From Selaginella moellendorffii (taxonomy: Eukaryota; Plantae; Lycopodiophyta), in assembly GCF_000143415.4 (NCBI RefSeq), contig NW_003314361.1, forward strand, positions 531,697 to 595,696: 64,000 nucleotides of DNA, read 5' to 3'. Numbering within the stretch: the first letter of the stretch is position 1; each line of letters starts with the position of its first letter. The notes below the pieces were generated by a model. That model ran no database searches and was not told where the DNA came from. It worked only from the letters and a program-made list of their open reading frames with translations. Positions 13,621-27,272 of this stretch are shown one piece after another. A program made the position numbers and the translations under genes.

Positions 13621-14479
13621 CAAAGCTGTCAGCACTACAAACATCATCTCTGTTGTCACAGCAATTATGAACTGATTGGGATTGAGTACACGTTGCTTTT
13701 TGAGGATAAACTTTGGTTGGAACTCCTGGATGGTGGAGATCCAGGTAGTCTTACACCTGATCTTCCTCACCTCATCCCTGGAAGCCATCATCGCTTGCTT
13801 TTTTTATCCTGTGGTTTCTTGTTCGATTTCCTCCTCGAGTTCCAAATCTTGACCTTGCACCTCACCAAGTACTGCTGCCAAGATACACCTGAGAATTCCC
13901 AGCACCCAATTTAATAGAGCATGAATCTTTTTATTGGAAAGAAAAATAAAACATACAAAAGCATTGGAGGTATATAAACAATGCATAAACATATTAGTAT
14001 CCCAGTATGCAAACTCTATCATCCTAGAGAGAGATAAAGGAATTTATTTTTAGCAAAGTTCTATCGCTGTCAAAGCCCTAGCAACGACCAGGGAACTTTA
14101 GCCATTAAGCCCTTGTTGTTGCTGCTGTTGCTTGGTGGGTGTTTCATGCCGACATTACAATTTTTCTTGGCGTTTGTAGTGCAACCGTGTGTGAATTTAT
14201 GTTGTAACAGGGCTAGATAATTTTATGATTGTTGAATTTCTCAAACTTTCCTTGTTAATAGCAGTGCTGTTGCTTCAATTAATCCTCATTACTCCCAAAT
14301 GAGACATGAACCGGCTGTGAAGTTGAAGAGTCTCAGACTGGGTAATCTTTTGAGATGGTGCAAGTTGTTAATGATCACTTGAGTTGCTTGACAATAAAAA
14401 ATCTCAAGAGAAATAAAAATAAGAGTTTTAAATTGTATAACACTGACCTTTAGTAAGCTGTTACAAATTCACGTATATA

Positions 14480-17001
14480 CTATATGATGACAAATTCACT
14501 GGAGATTCCCGTGAAGTTGTCAATCTTTCCCATGAGAGCTTTGGAGGCGCCAAAGAGTCGAAGCCTATACGTCCCTGCCAATGCATCCTTTGGAACTTTC
14601 CATTTGATCGTTGCCGACGGTCTCTTCCACACGAACTGGACGCTCCAGTCATCGTCGTCGTAAGCTGGAGTCCAAACGCCTGGAGCACTTTGGAACTCCA
14701 CCATGGTGTAGCTTGCCTCCGTCATAAGGTTGTTCCTCGGGGAGCCGGACCAGAAGGTGGCCTCCACGGTGTCCCCAGCTCTAAACGAAGCGTTCCTGGC
14801 GACATCTCTGCTGACGTCTCCAAATTTGATGCCGGCTGGAGTGGTGTCTGGGATCACTTCTGGGAGTAAGGAGATTTGCTTGCTGATCAAGTCCGGTGGT
14901 GATGGTCCTTTGGCAACTTGAGTGTCGAGAACTAGTGCCTCGGCTAGCTTCTTAAACTCTTGAATATAAGCACTCAGTGTGTGAGGCCCATACAACGTAG
15001 AAGCACCCTATAAAAACATTTGCTTAAGCCTCTCGAAACAAGGAAGATCCGTTAGTTACCTCGTAGCGTTGGATCTGATACTCCTCAAGAGTTGTCACGT
15101 AGGATGAATAGGCATTCGTGAGGCCCGATATAACAATCCGAACTTCTTTGTCATACTTTCCGTTGCTCTTCTCGACCAAGGTAGCCTTCACTGCATCTTT
15201 CAAGCGTCGTCCAGCCATGGTGGTAAACTCTGGGCACAACAAATTAAAGTCGTCAATTATAGAGTTGATAGCGGAAAGTGTGTTACCAGAAGGAACTGAT
15301 AAAATGAAGAGTTGGCCAACTTGGAGGATCTGGATTGGAAGGATCGCTGGCTGCAAGAATCACTTAAATACAAAAGAAAATAAATTCTGGAACTTCTTAC
15401 AGCCCAGTCATACGGAAAAAACATCTCTCCAGTGTCGAGAAGAACTGGTTTCGGGCTTTGACAGGCTACTTGCTTTTCGGTTGGTTTCCTCAGCAAGTCA
15501 CGAACAGCTTTCCAGAATGGATTTCCCTGTAATTTCAGGTCAGCTCCAAATCGAGAATGAATACAGCAACTTACGTCAGTGTCTCCTTGCTTGAAGTCAA
15601 AAGCTCCTGGCCCGTCTGTCGTCCCAGCAGCAAAACTAAATCCCATGGCAGCAGGACAAGTCGTCGCCGACTGTGCTGCTATGCTAATGTTGGTAAAATC
15701 TACGTAGCTTTGTCTGTAATTCACTGGTCCCTTCAGCAAATCTTTTGCATTCGCAAACAGCTCGATTGCTCTTTCCATCTGTCGCGTTGCTATAATCTCT
15801 GTGCTGGCAAAGTGGTCTGGGTAACTGGAATACAAAAGCTATAGGCGCAGAAGTGTCATCAAACTTAAAAACTCACCCTGGTCCTCGAGCAATGCACAAC
15901 TCGTTGCTACCGTTACAAGTGCTATGGTTGAAATCGCAGCGTAGATTTGTGTCGCCACAGAAGGCACCTAGAGTGTTTGGAGATACGTCGCCTTCATTTG
16001 TCTGGGCAAAAGCGGCCACAAAAGAAGTCTTGCTCCTCACACGACTTGTGTTGGCTGAAGGCTCCCGCTTCACTGATCGATGGTCAAACCAGTCTTCCAT
16101 AAAGCGAGAAGCAGCACCTTTGTTGTCACCGCTTACCAAAGTGTTCGTGTTGTTCATTGAAGTACAGTGGACAGGAAACCAGTTCACAGTGCCAACAGGA
16201 CCACGCTGCGCGTCTACAAGCTTCAAAAGAAGCATGCTTTTGTCGACGTCGTACTTGTATCTCTTTCTTTCTTCGGCAGGGTTGTTTAAATAAGCACTGG
16301 GGCTTCTGTTGATGTTAGCATCCAAAATTTCTCCTGAAAAAGAGGGGAAAAAAAAAAAAACAAACATAAAGTGTGAGGAGGCTATTCAACGCAGACTTGA
16401 AAGATAACCTTCGTTCACGAAAATCGAACCGGGCTTCAAGTTGTTATGAGCTTGAGTGATACTTGCCACGGCCCCGTCAACAATAGCATCAAATGACTGT
16501 TTCACGAATCCGAGGGATGTTATACTATACAGGAGGTACTGCAAGTAGCCACCGGGTCCTGAATGCGTATGTATACCACTCAATGCCACATTCTTCTCAG
16601 TGTACAAATCCCCGTACCTGGAGTCAGCAGTGAGAGAGCATTTCACAATAGCTAGCTCATTACCTTGTCTTGAGCTTGGAAAGCACAGCAGTAGTCACAG
16701 CTTGCGAGGCCATGCACGCGTCGAGGCTCACGTAGACGATCCTGTTCCCGTCGTTTCCTGCTTCTGCAACGATGAAGGCTCTCGATCTTAGCCTGAGATG
16801 AATTCCCGCAGCATTCTGTTTTGGATTTGCGTATCCCATCATGTTGACATCGGCTGCAGGACCTGTTATGTCGTAGCTCCCCGCTCCAAGAAGATAGTCC
16901 GCTTTGCAACGGTAGACCATCAAGGATGCTACAAGGAAAGCAAGCATCTTGAAAAACGCCCCCGAAAATACATGCTGATCAACAGCTCGTTTCGACTCCA
17001 T
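14480..17001 (-). CDS. NCER: Neutral ceramidase, multi-exon; start at 17001 or 16947
   Basis: YLLGAGSYDITGPAADVNMMGYA, LSGIHTHSGPGGYLQY, NWFPVHCTSMNNTN, GDVSPN, AMGFSFAAGTTDGPGAFDF, EFTTMAGRRL, YGPHTLSAY; hydrophobic N-terminal signal/anchor. Confidence 0.95.
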
Positions 17002-17355
17002 AATTTTGGCTTGAGCCTCGCATAAACCGTCGTCGACAGCGACCAAAGAACGAGCATTTGGCTTGCCGTCTGAGCTGGACGAGTCTCTTTCTCGGATCGA
17101 TGAAGCCAAGAACTATGCACGAGAGAAGATGAAGCGTTCAGCTTGTCATATACGATGTCCGGAAAGATCCTAACGAAAACGACAAGGATCAGAACAATAA
17201 GATGCTAAATCGACTTGCCTGATTCTTCTGGCATTTCGGAAAAGAAAGAACAAAAGGTTTCAAACAAGATGCTGCATCCACCAACTTATGAATGAAGATG
17301 AAAATTTACCAACCAGGTAAGTGTTTTTTTTTTCCCCTCCAGAGCAAAGGACTAC

Positions 17356-19361
17356 TCAAACAAGCGCTGACAGTTGTATCCTCAAATTGTCAGATTCTCC
17401 ACACGGCCCGATTAATCTGTCTAGACGATCTGGAAGCACGGAGAATATTTAAAAAGGAACGTTTGCGAGAATAAAGAAGAAAAAAATACTCACCATTGAG
17501 CTGGAGAAGTGCTTTCCCAATATCAGTAAGAAAACCGTTCCACTCTGCGTTGTTGCTTTTCGTGGAGGTCGGGTCGTCTTTAAACTCCACCAACTTGCGG
17601 GCGGGGGCGCATGAGAAGTGCTGTAAGTCATCAGTGCTGGTCGCGTCACTGCTATAACCCACTGGCCTTTCGGCGGTTGACCATCTCAAGTCATCAGTGC
17701 TAGTGCTACAAGAGATACACCTGTTGCCGTCTTGATCATCGTGATTCCAACTTGACGGCTCCAAGTTGAGGGAGCTCGGCGTGACCGGTGTGACTGGCGA
17801 GAAGGGCGCTGTTTCAAGTGAAGAAAGTAGTGACTGAGAGGCCAGCTTTGTGTTCGATAAGAGCGAATTTGTCCTCGTCCCTAATGAGTACCTCTCCGCA
17901 TCGGATACTCTCTTTGCTTTTGCTATGCACACCCCCTGCCCTGTGAGCTCCTTTCTCGAGGGCCAACTCTTCCTCTTCCACTTTCGACTGTAGTGCCTAG
18001 TTGGAGACTTCGTGGAGACGGGAAATCGTGATTCTGTTGCATACTGCCCCTTCTCGAGAACTCCCAAAAGAGAGGACTTTCCACTTTCCCTCAGGTCAAC
18101 GAACTTTAGAATGCCCCACTCGCTCATGACATCGTTGAGCAGTTTCTGGCTCTCGAGATCCAGATTATTTCCCCTGACATCCAGTGCTGGCAGACAAAAA
18201 TCCACAACAAACAAGATCAGATTCTGGGGACTCATGATGGAGAATATATCTTATTACCTTCGATGGATGGCCCAAGGCGGAATATCGTACACATTTCCCT
18301 CACGGACGCTACTGTTAAGATGTTCCACGACAGATCGAGAACCCGCAGCCCGCATCTGTTCACACTGCGGCCTGGCATTTGTCTGTAGACGCGCAGGCTG
18401 TTTTGCCAATCTTCTTGAATTTTCCGAGACAGATTCGCCTGTCGCATGACCAAACACGATAGAGAAAAAGGAAGAAAACCATAGAATGGAATAAATAAAT
18501 CACAGACCTTGAGAATAGACGCCAAAACTGGAGCTACAGCATCAGTAAGATTGCATCCTGCAAGACAGAGCACCTGCAGGGATGCACAATCACGAAATCC
18601 TCTAGCCTGCGTAATTTGATCACTCGAAAACAACATCAGTGTTTAGTCAGAGGCAAAATGCTTTCTTTTCATCTTACCAGGAGATGAAGGTTAGAATCTC
18701 CAAGCCCACTGTTTGCAAAAGACAGATGCTTTAGTGTCTTGGACAAGCCTGAAAGAACCATAGACCATCTTTAAGCCTTTTCCAAGTTCAAGAAAAACGC
18801 GAAAAAAGTCTAGCTTACATAACGCATGAACGAGAAGCTGTAAGTCTCGTTTACACAAAGAAAATCCAAGCTCCAAATGCTGCAGCCACCCCCCTGAAGA
18901 GACTGACCACGCCAAAGCTCTGGAAAAGAACAATGTAAGAAGTAAAAAAAAAACACTAAAAGAAAGAAATCACTGACCTGGAGAAGTTGAACATGGCGTC
19001 AGCATGTCTGGGACTGAGAAAGGTGAATCGAGGCTCTGAGGAACACCAAAATCTTCCATCATAGACAAAAAAAAAATCACTGGCGCTTACCAGCGTTGCG
19101 GCCAATCGAAAGCTCCAAGCTCGAAATCCTGCCGTCCTTGAGCGCCAGCGCAAGGGACGCGAAATCCGAGGCCTTCAACTCCTGCAAATCCCTCTGCCAA
19201 ACAAGAAACAAGGATTATCCCCGTAGCTCCCGGCGATCGACCCATCCCTAGCTAGGAAGCGCGAATCCCATCGCCCACCTTGACGCTTTGAACGGCCGGA
19301 GAGCGCATTTTTCCTCGTCGACGTTAGGGCTAAACAGAGGAGAGGCATATTCCAGAGCCAT
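17356..19361 (-). CDS. RNI-like LRR protein resembling centrosomal protein CEP78, multi-exon
   Basis: Spliced reading: LQHLELGFSLCKRDLQLL...LSKTLKHLSFANSGLGDSNLHLL|ARGFRDCASLQVLCLAGCNLTDAVAPVLASILK|ANLSRKIQEDWQNSLRVYR...GLRVLDLSWN..ALDVRGNNLD; parallels the CEP78 'GCNLT..A.ILK....R.EE.WAESLRY' signature as I recall it. Confidence 0.65.
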
Positions 19362-20204
19362 CCACGTGGGCGAGTTAGGGTTAGGGCAAGCGCATTATTT
19401 TAACCTCCTTTTTGGCGCACAAAGAATGATGTCCCGGAAAACCGTTGGAGGACGGCACCACCATCCATTTTTTCCGTACGAATGATTCCATTCCATGCCC
19501 CCCCACATAATTGAGCCCTAATTTCCCTTTTTCCTTCTCTCTGAGGCCACGAAATCGCCCCTTGGCAATTTCGTGGCTTAGAAATCCTTTGACAAAATCT
19601 CGCTACCAAATGCTTGCGTCTTTGCTTCAAGCTTTCCCATCCCATCCAATCCAAACGCTTCTTATCTACAATGCCTGTGGTGCCCAAAAAAGAGGGCAAA
19701 AATCTTCTGCCTCCACAGGAATTTCTCCTCTTTTTCTCCAACTTTCTTTCTCTCGATCGCGCGCTCGTAATAATGCAGCCGTGAGCGTGGGTGTTTTATC
19801 GCTCTCCAGATTTTACCCTCGCCCGGTATAATGGCATATGCCTTGGGAGATGCGCTCCCAAATTGGGAAGAAGCTCTTGGAGCAAAATTTTTGGGCGCTC
19901 TCCCCATTTTTTTTTTACCCCTCGCCTGCTTTTCCTTTTTTTCCCGTTCGCTGTAAACTATAAAGCTCTCGCTCGTTCCCACTCGTGGAGGTTTGGTTTG
20001 GTTACTAGGATTTCTTTCTTCTTGTGCTTCCTCTCATCGCCATCGCTTCGTCGCTCTTGCGTTCTCTCTCTTTTTTCCTCCTCTCTCTCGCGGCGCTGGC
20101 ACTGTGCGATTGAGCGATTGATGATCGGCCAAATCGGCCTCGAATAGCGATCGATTGATCGCGGGTTCGATTCGATCCCGTAATATTTCGATCGATCGAT
20201 CCCA

Positions 20205-23200
20205 ATGCCGCAGTATCCACCTCTCAATTCCCAGGACGATGATCCAGTCGGCAAGCCCCAGCCGCGGCGCAAGGAGGCGGCAGTGGCGGCGGCGGCGCCA
20301 TTCGTCCCGCCCAATCTCAATCTCCCGCCCTCGCTCGCCTCCTCCCGGGTGGAGCGCCTCGTCCGCGAGAGGCAGCTGCGGCGGAGCGAGCGCGCATCGG
20401 CATCCGAGGACGCCATCGACGAGGACGACGCCGCGGATCAGCCGCAAGAACAGCCGCCGGCCGATAATATTTCGCTCGAGCACCAAGCGCGCGACGATAA
20501 TCCGCCGCCATCGCAGCAGCAACAGGAGGATCTTCCGGCCGATCAGGGAGGGGGCGAGAAGCAGCGCCTGCTCGTAGTCGCGAATCGATTGCCCGTGTCG
20601 GCGACGAGGAAGGGGGACACACAATGGAGCTTGGAAGTCAGTGCTGGAGGGCTTGTCAGCGCATTGCTTGGTACGTTGTGTTCTTCCATTCTTCTCTCCT
20701 TCTAGCTACCTAGGGCATTTAAATGGGAGCGAGTACCCTAAATTTGCTCTCTTTGAACAGGAGTGAAGCAGTTCCAGGTCATCTGGATTGGCTGGCCTGG
20801 CGTCTACGTCCAAGACGATGTGGGGCGTCAGTCGCTGGCGCAAGCGCTCGAAGAGAAGGTAAGCCTTTGCTGGATCGAATTTCTTTCTTGGTAGGAGTCG
20901 TATCGTCTTCCAATTTCCGTGAGTGAATTAGAGGAGTTCATCGTTTTGTTGCTAGATTCAATGAGCTAGCTATGCATTCTTTGTTGTTGTTCTTCTTCTT
21001 CCGGAAGGGTCTCTTGTACACTGCTGTATGATGACTGAATTTTTTTTCCCTTTCTGTTAAATTCTTTGCAGGGATTTGTCGGGGTTTTGCTCGATGAGGC
21101 CACGGTCGATCAGTATTATAATGGCTACTGCAACAACGTTTTGTGGCCACTGTTTCACTACATCGGGCTTCGTCAGGAGGACAGGCTTGCCGCTACCCGG
21201 AGCTTGCAGTCGCAATTTAACGCGTACAAGCGTGCTAACCAGCTGTTTGCGGATGCAGTCATCAAAAACTACCAGGAAGGAGATTTCGTTTGGTGCCATG
21301 ATTATCATCTCATGGTTCTTCCGAGCTATCTCAAGGAGTATAACAGCCACATGAAAGTGGGATGGTTCCTTCATACGCCTTTTCCTTCCTCCGAAATTTA
21401 TAGAACTTTGCCACTGCGCGCAGAGTTGCTCCAGGGAGTTCTTGCAGCAGACTTAGTCGGGTAAGCTTTCTCGTTTATTCATGGAACTTCACGTTTTCAT
21501 CGAGCATTGCTCTTGTTATGTAGATTTCACACGTACGACTATGCAAGGCATTTCGTCAGCGCCTGCACAAGGATACTGGGCCTGGAAGGTACTCCCGAGG
21601 GAGTGGAAGATCAAGGAAAGATAACCCGAGTTGCAGCGGTACTGCCCGTCTACCCTTATATTCAGACGCTCTGATTTTTCAAGTTTGTAGTTCCCTGTTG
21701 GAATCGACTCCGAGAGGTTCACTCACGCCGTGGAGACGGAAGCTGTAAAGCAACATATTCAGGAGTTGAGCGCTCGCTTTGCTGGGCGCAAGGTTTGACT
21801 CTTTGTATCAGCGAGAAACTAGTCTTTTACGTGTTTTTGCATACCAGGTTATGCTCGGCGTAGACAGGCTTGACATGATTAAAGGAATTCCGCAAAAATT
21901 GCTTGCCTTCGAAAAGTTTTTAGAGGAGAATCCAGAGTGGCGTGACAAGGTTATTTTGGTCCAAATTGCTGTTCCGACGAGGACGGACGTGTTGGAGTGT
22001 ATGGCTCTTTTGCTTTTCTGTATTTTGCATTCTAAAGTCTTTCTTCCTTGGCAGACCAGAAGCTAGCAAGTCAGGTGCATGAGATAGTTGGTCGCATCAA
22101 CGGTCGTTATGGATCTCTTACGACGGTCCCGATTCACCACCTTGTAAGGTTTTAAATTCCATCGCCTTGGAAGATATCCATAAATGTCTAATGCAGGATC
22201 GATCAATGAAGTTTCCAGAGTTGTGTGCCCTTTACGCCATCACCGGTGCGTTTTTCTTTGATTTGTTCTTTCTCTTTCTGTTTTGTTTTTCTTTATCCGC
22301 TCAATTATTGTGTGAACAGATGTGTTGCTTGTCACTTCGCTGCGGGATGGCATGAACCTTGTGAGCTACGAGTTTGTGGCTTGTCAAAATGTCAAGAAAG
22401 GCGCTCTTGTTCTTAGCGAGGTAAGTTCTCTCTTAGTAGTGCTAATTAAGAATGCTGGTGAACTATAGTTTGCAGGCGCTGCTCAATCTCTTGGTGCTGG
22501 CTCCATCCTGATAAACCCTTGGAACATCATTGAATCTGCCAACGCAATTGCGGAAGCACTGAACATGCCAGAGGAGGAAAGGGAAGAACGTCATCGTCAT
22601 AACTTCATGCACGTTACGACTCATAGTGCTCAGGTGTGGGCAGAAACGTTTACGAGGCAAGTTCTACTCTTTTCTTTTCTTTTTTTAAACTCACGCACCT
22701 ATTCAACCAGTGAAATGAACGACTCTATTTTGGAGGCTGAGTTGCGTACTCTGCACATTCCTCCCCAACTGCCAACGGAAAAGGCCATCGCTAACTATTC
22801 GGCATCGAAGAATCGTCTCATGATTCTGGTAACGTAGTGCTATATTTCACCATCATAAACTGACGGCTGCCTGCGATCCAGGGATTCAACTCTACGTTAA
22901 CTGCGCAAGTTGAAGCTCCACGTGGAAGGGCCCCTGATCAGATTAGAGAGATGAAGATACGTCTGCATCCTAATCTCAAAGAGGTGTTCAACGTCTTATG
23001 CACTGATCCAAAGACCACTATAGTAATTCTGAGCGGAAGCGAGCGTGCCGTATTGGATGAGGTACTTCGCTGTTCTATTGGAGTATAGGATCACTCGCGA
23101 TATTTTGCAGGCCTTTGGCGAGTTTGACATGTGGCTGGCAGCAGAGAATGGGATGTTTCTTCGCCACACACAAGGAGAGTGGATGACAACCATGCCTGAG

Positions 23201-24264
23201 CATCTCAACATGGATTGGGTTGAAAGCGTGCAGGTTTGCTTCGAGAAAAGAAAACTAGCAGCTTAAAAGCTTCTTCTTTTCCGTGTTGCAGCTAGTGTTT
23301 GAATATTTTTGCGAAAGAACACCACGCTCGTTTGTAGAGACGCGTGAGACATCATTGGTGTGGAACTATAAGTACGCAGGTACAGTGTTTTCAAGCATTC
23401 TCAATCTCGATTCGTAGCCTCACAAAAAACTTTTTCTCTTTCTTCTCTTCTTTTCCTTTCCAGATGTGGAGTTTGGCAGAGTACAGGCCAGAGACATGCT
23501 TCAGCACTTGTGGACAGGACCAATCTCCAACGCAGCCGTAGACGTTGTTCAAGGTGGAAAGTCAGTGGAAGTCCGTCCTGTTGGCGTTTCGAAGGTCCTT
23601 GTAGCTTTTCTTTGTTATGTTTTTTTATTTCCTCGCAAACATCGAGCTGACAAAGCTCTCTGTGTGTTCCATAGGGGTCCGCGATCGATCGCATCCTCGG
23701 TGAGATCGTGCACAGCAAGCACATGCTTTCGCCAATCGACCATGTCATGTGCATCGGACACTTTTTAAGCAAAGTAAGCTCTTCGTTTCTTCAAGCTCGA
23801 GAAAAATAGTTCCTTGTTGGAATGCACAGGACGAAGACATCTACACCTTTTTCGAGCCAGAGCTCCCGTTTCTGGACGCGGCAGTCTTCAGCAGCAAGCT
23901 TCAGGACAAGCGAGTGAGCAAATCCTCGAGCAAGCACGGCAGCTCACGCCATGCCAAGTCCCACCCGGCCACCATGTCGCCGGACAGGAAGAGGAGTGAG
24001 GAGGAGCAGCTGATCGAGGAGGCCGGGAGATGGGAGGGGTCGTCGGTGCTGGATCTCAAGGGCGAGAACTACTTCTCCTGCGCGGTGGGGGCGTCCAAGC
24101 GCTCGCTCGCTCGCTACTGCCTCAACTCCTCGGACGAAGTGGTCACCTTTCTCAGCTCGCTCGCCGCCGCCACCGAGACGTTCCCCAAGAAGGAATCGTT
24201 CAAGAAGAGCGGCTGGCACAGCCCAACGCCACGGTCACCCAGAGTGGTCACTGTGAGTAACTAA
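20205..24264 (+). CDS. TPS1: Class I trehalose-6-phosphate synthase (TPS plus TPP-like domain), multi-exon
   Basis: [14 protein letters not shown]-terminal motif, [90 protein letters not shown]. Confidence 0.97.
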
Positions 24265-24326
24265 GAACACACCTTGGTCTATTGTATAAAGCTCTTGGTT
24301 CTACCTTCGAGGATACCACGATTTGA

Positions 24327-24545
24327 TCAAGCGCTACTACTGACCTTGGAGCGTGATAAGAGTCGAGCTCTGGAATCCACCCATTGGAACGCCACTTCGC
24401 TGTTTCTATGCCATAGAAGGAAGATGACGATCGCTAGCACCATTGTCAGCAAGAATAGGAAGAATGTCCTCGCCTCGAATCCACAGATGTCTAGCTCTTG
24501 AGGTACTTCTTCTTCTTCGCCGCCTGATAGCATTGGATCCTCCAT
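24327..24545 (-). CDS. Putative 72-aa single-pass membrane micro-protein
   Basis: MEDPMLSGGEEEEVPQELDICGFEARTFFLFLLTMVLAIVIFLLWHRN...; ATG in gctATGg context; telo-box about 70 bp upstream. Confidence 0.5.
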   Translation of the reverse strand: MEDPMLSGGEEEEVPQELDICGFEARTFFLFLLTMVLAIVIFLLWHRNSEVAFQWVDSRARLLSRSKVSSSA

Positions 24546-24616
24546 AGCCGGAGCAAGAACACGGCCACCACAATGCACAGGTGGACTCCGTGGGCTTTCG
24601 ACACGTCGAAGGACCT

Positions 24617-24702
24617 AAACCCTAGTTTTTAAATCGCCGGATATTCGTTGGGTGGGAAGAATTTGAAACTTAGGGCTCTTGTATTTAAAATTTAGGGCTC
24701 TT
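24617..24702. promoter_or_regulatory. Compact bidirectional promoter with telo-box
   Basis: AAACCCTA at 24617-24624 and ttagggctctt twice, inside the 161 bp between divergent ATGs at 24545 and 24707. Confidence 0.5.
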
Positions 24703-24706
24703 TGTC

Positions 24707-27223
24707 ATGGCGGACAGCGGCATCGCTAGGGATGTCAATTGTCTGCTCGATCCCAGCGTGTCCGTTCGCAAGGCGGCGCTCTTGCGCCTGGACCACGGAG
24801 TCCGGGCCCGAGGCGAGGAGGAAATTCAGGAGCTAGGTAGTGATGCCGTCATCAAGGCTATCTTGCGGAGGTTTGCTGATCCATCGGAGAAATGCCGTTG
24901 TCTAGCTGTGTCGATCCTTCTCAGGTAAGCACTTTAGCAACGCTAGCAGTATCGACTGTTCGTTTTCTTTCTTTTCAGCCTTCTCGAAATTATTCCAGGA
25001 TGTGTGGTGAGTTTGCTGCCTTACATTCTTCCAGTCGTGTCGGAGCGCTTGCCATTAAGATCTCTTCCCAATGAAGTAGAGTTTGGAACGAAGGTAGGCC
25101 AAGGTACCATTGAGAAACAAACTTCTAAAGGTAAAAGAGAGAACGTCTTTCTCAATTAGAAAACTTGGGTGATATTCTTTGGTTGTGACTTCTAGGATGG
25201 ACAAGAAGAAGCTTTACTAGAGCCATCAGAGGAAGTCCGGCTTTTCCTCGTTCGGCTCTTAACCTCCTTACTCAACCATGCTCCTCGACTCATCCATCCC
25301 TTCGCGTCCGAGGTTGCGTCTATCATCATGGTCACCGCAACTGATTCATACCCGGAAGTTCTCCTGGTACAAACACACGCTCTTTCTCTATTTCTTGCTA
25401 ACATGCCTTTGGCAGGAAACCATGACTTTGCTAGAACGGTTCACAGATACCATGGATCAAAAGATCAAGCCAATTGCCAAGCAGCTGGTGTCCGTGATCT
25501 TACGCTTGCTTGTACACAATCGCTACAAAGTGCGTGTCGCTGCACTCGGCGCTGTTCACCGGTAACCAACAATTTGCAACTGATTTCAATGCACCTTACA
25601 TATACTTGATGTAGGCTTGTTCTTTGCGGTGCTCACGAGAGCATTTACGACCTCACGGCTTACCAAGATCCCAATCTGGTTCCAATAAAAGCATTCTATC
25701 ATCCCTATACGAAGGCAAGCTTACACCATATTCAAGCTAACGGGGTGTAAGTATTGTTTTGTTCCATAGACACAATATCTAGCGTTACTGGCAACGGATA
25801 AATCGGTAGCTGTCCGGAAAGAACTTCTTTGGGTTATTGCGAGCTGGTTGATGAAACTTGACGAAAGAAAGCAGCACGAGGTCCGTCTTGTACCGTAAGA
25901 GTCTTATATTCACAACAACATTCTTTCATCCTGAACGTATTCTTCTTTGAACAGGTACGTCATTAGTGGCTTCAATGACTCAGACGAGGAGGTTCAAGCA
26001 CTCGCTTTTCAACTAATGGAAGAAATTGGTCGACAGTAAGTAAGAGCCCGGATTTATTCTGTTTCTCGGAGTGACAGGTAATTATGCGTTTCAGGTACGA
26101 GAGTGAAAACGAGAATGAGGTGAGGGACTTGAAGCAGTACTTTCAAGAATCCACTGAAAACATTTTGATTGGAAGCGAAGCTTTGCCGCCTGTTTTCAAG
26201 CGTAAGTTGTGTTCTTCAGTGTTGCTCTTTAGAGTTACCATGGATTTTCTTCAGACCGTCCTTGTTTGGGAGCCAGGATACTTGTGAGAAACTGTTTTAG
26301 CGTTCTTCTCTATGCAATAGATGCTGATCTCCACGCCTGGACCAGTGGAACGAAAGAACTATCATCGAGGTTCCTGTACACTGTACTGATTTTTGTCGAA
26401 GAAAACGCCACTATGCATCTTGAACCACTCTGCAATCTTTTCATTAAGGCTTGTGGTGACTTGGTGGTGCAAAAGGCGGTATGTCATCGTGAGTTAAATT
26501 GTTTCATTTACTTCCATTTCTGTTCCACTATTTCAGATCTTGGAGTGCGCAAAAGTGGTTGGATTCTTTGTTGATCCATCCGCTTATCTGCCTATTATAC
26601 TGCCACATCTAAGTGGTGAGCTTTCTGGACAGTCAACAATACAGAGCGCAGGGCGGACGCTAAAGATTTTATCTAGTTTTCTGGCCGGGACCCCATCTTC
26701 TCTCCTTGCCAAGCACGTTCCTGACATCTGTTCGTCATTGACAGAGCAAGATCTTCTCACAAGCATCGACAGGTAAGCATTTTGTTTTCTGCCATGGAAC
26801 TGAGCTGATGTCTAGTGACGTGAATTCGGGGATCGTTCTGTCATGCAAAGCTATGGTGGCTGCCTCTTGTGAAGATGAATTAGCCTTGCTGTGGATAATT
26901 CTACATGCAATTTCGGCTGCCGAATTCAGTAGAAAGCCTTCTGAAATGGTGACTGAAAGTGGCTATTCCCTCAACTTTTCGAGTAACCGGGGTTTTCACA
27001 GGCGGAATCCGTTCTCAGGGATCTAGCAAGAGCAAGCAGACGTGAATCCTCGGATAAACTACTGGCGGATCATGCGGATTCCATTCTAAGCATGTTACCA
27101 GACCCAGAGTTCTGGATCATGCGTTCCCTCCAACCATTTATCTTTCGCAGGTTGCTGATAGCCGGGGCAGCGTGCGGGAATGAAATCTTGAACGGGTGAG
27201 CTTGCTGGAAGAACTTTGTTTGC

Positions 27224-27272
<49 letters not shown>

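Larger units (their letters stand above)
1..14400. mobile_element. Block of decayed, probably nested LTR retrotransposons and AT-rich repeats
   Basis: Very AT-rich, CpG-depleted, no long intact ORFs; gag, protease, RT and integrase remnants listed separately. Confidence 0.8.
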
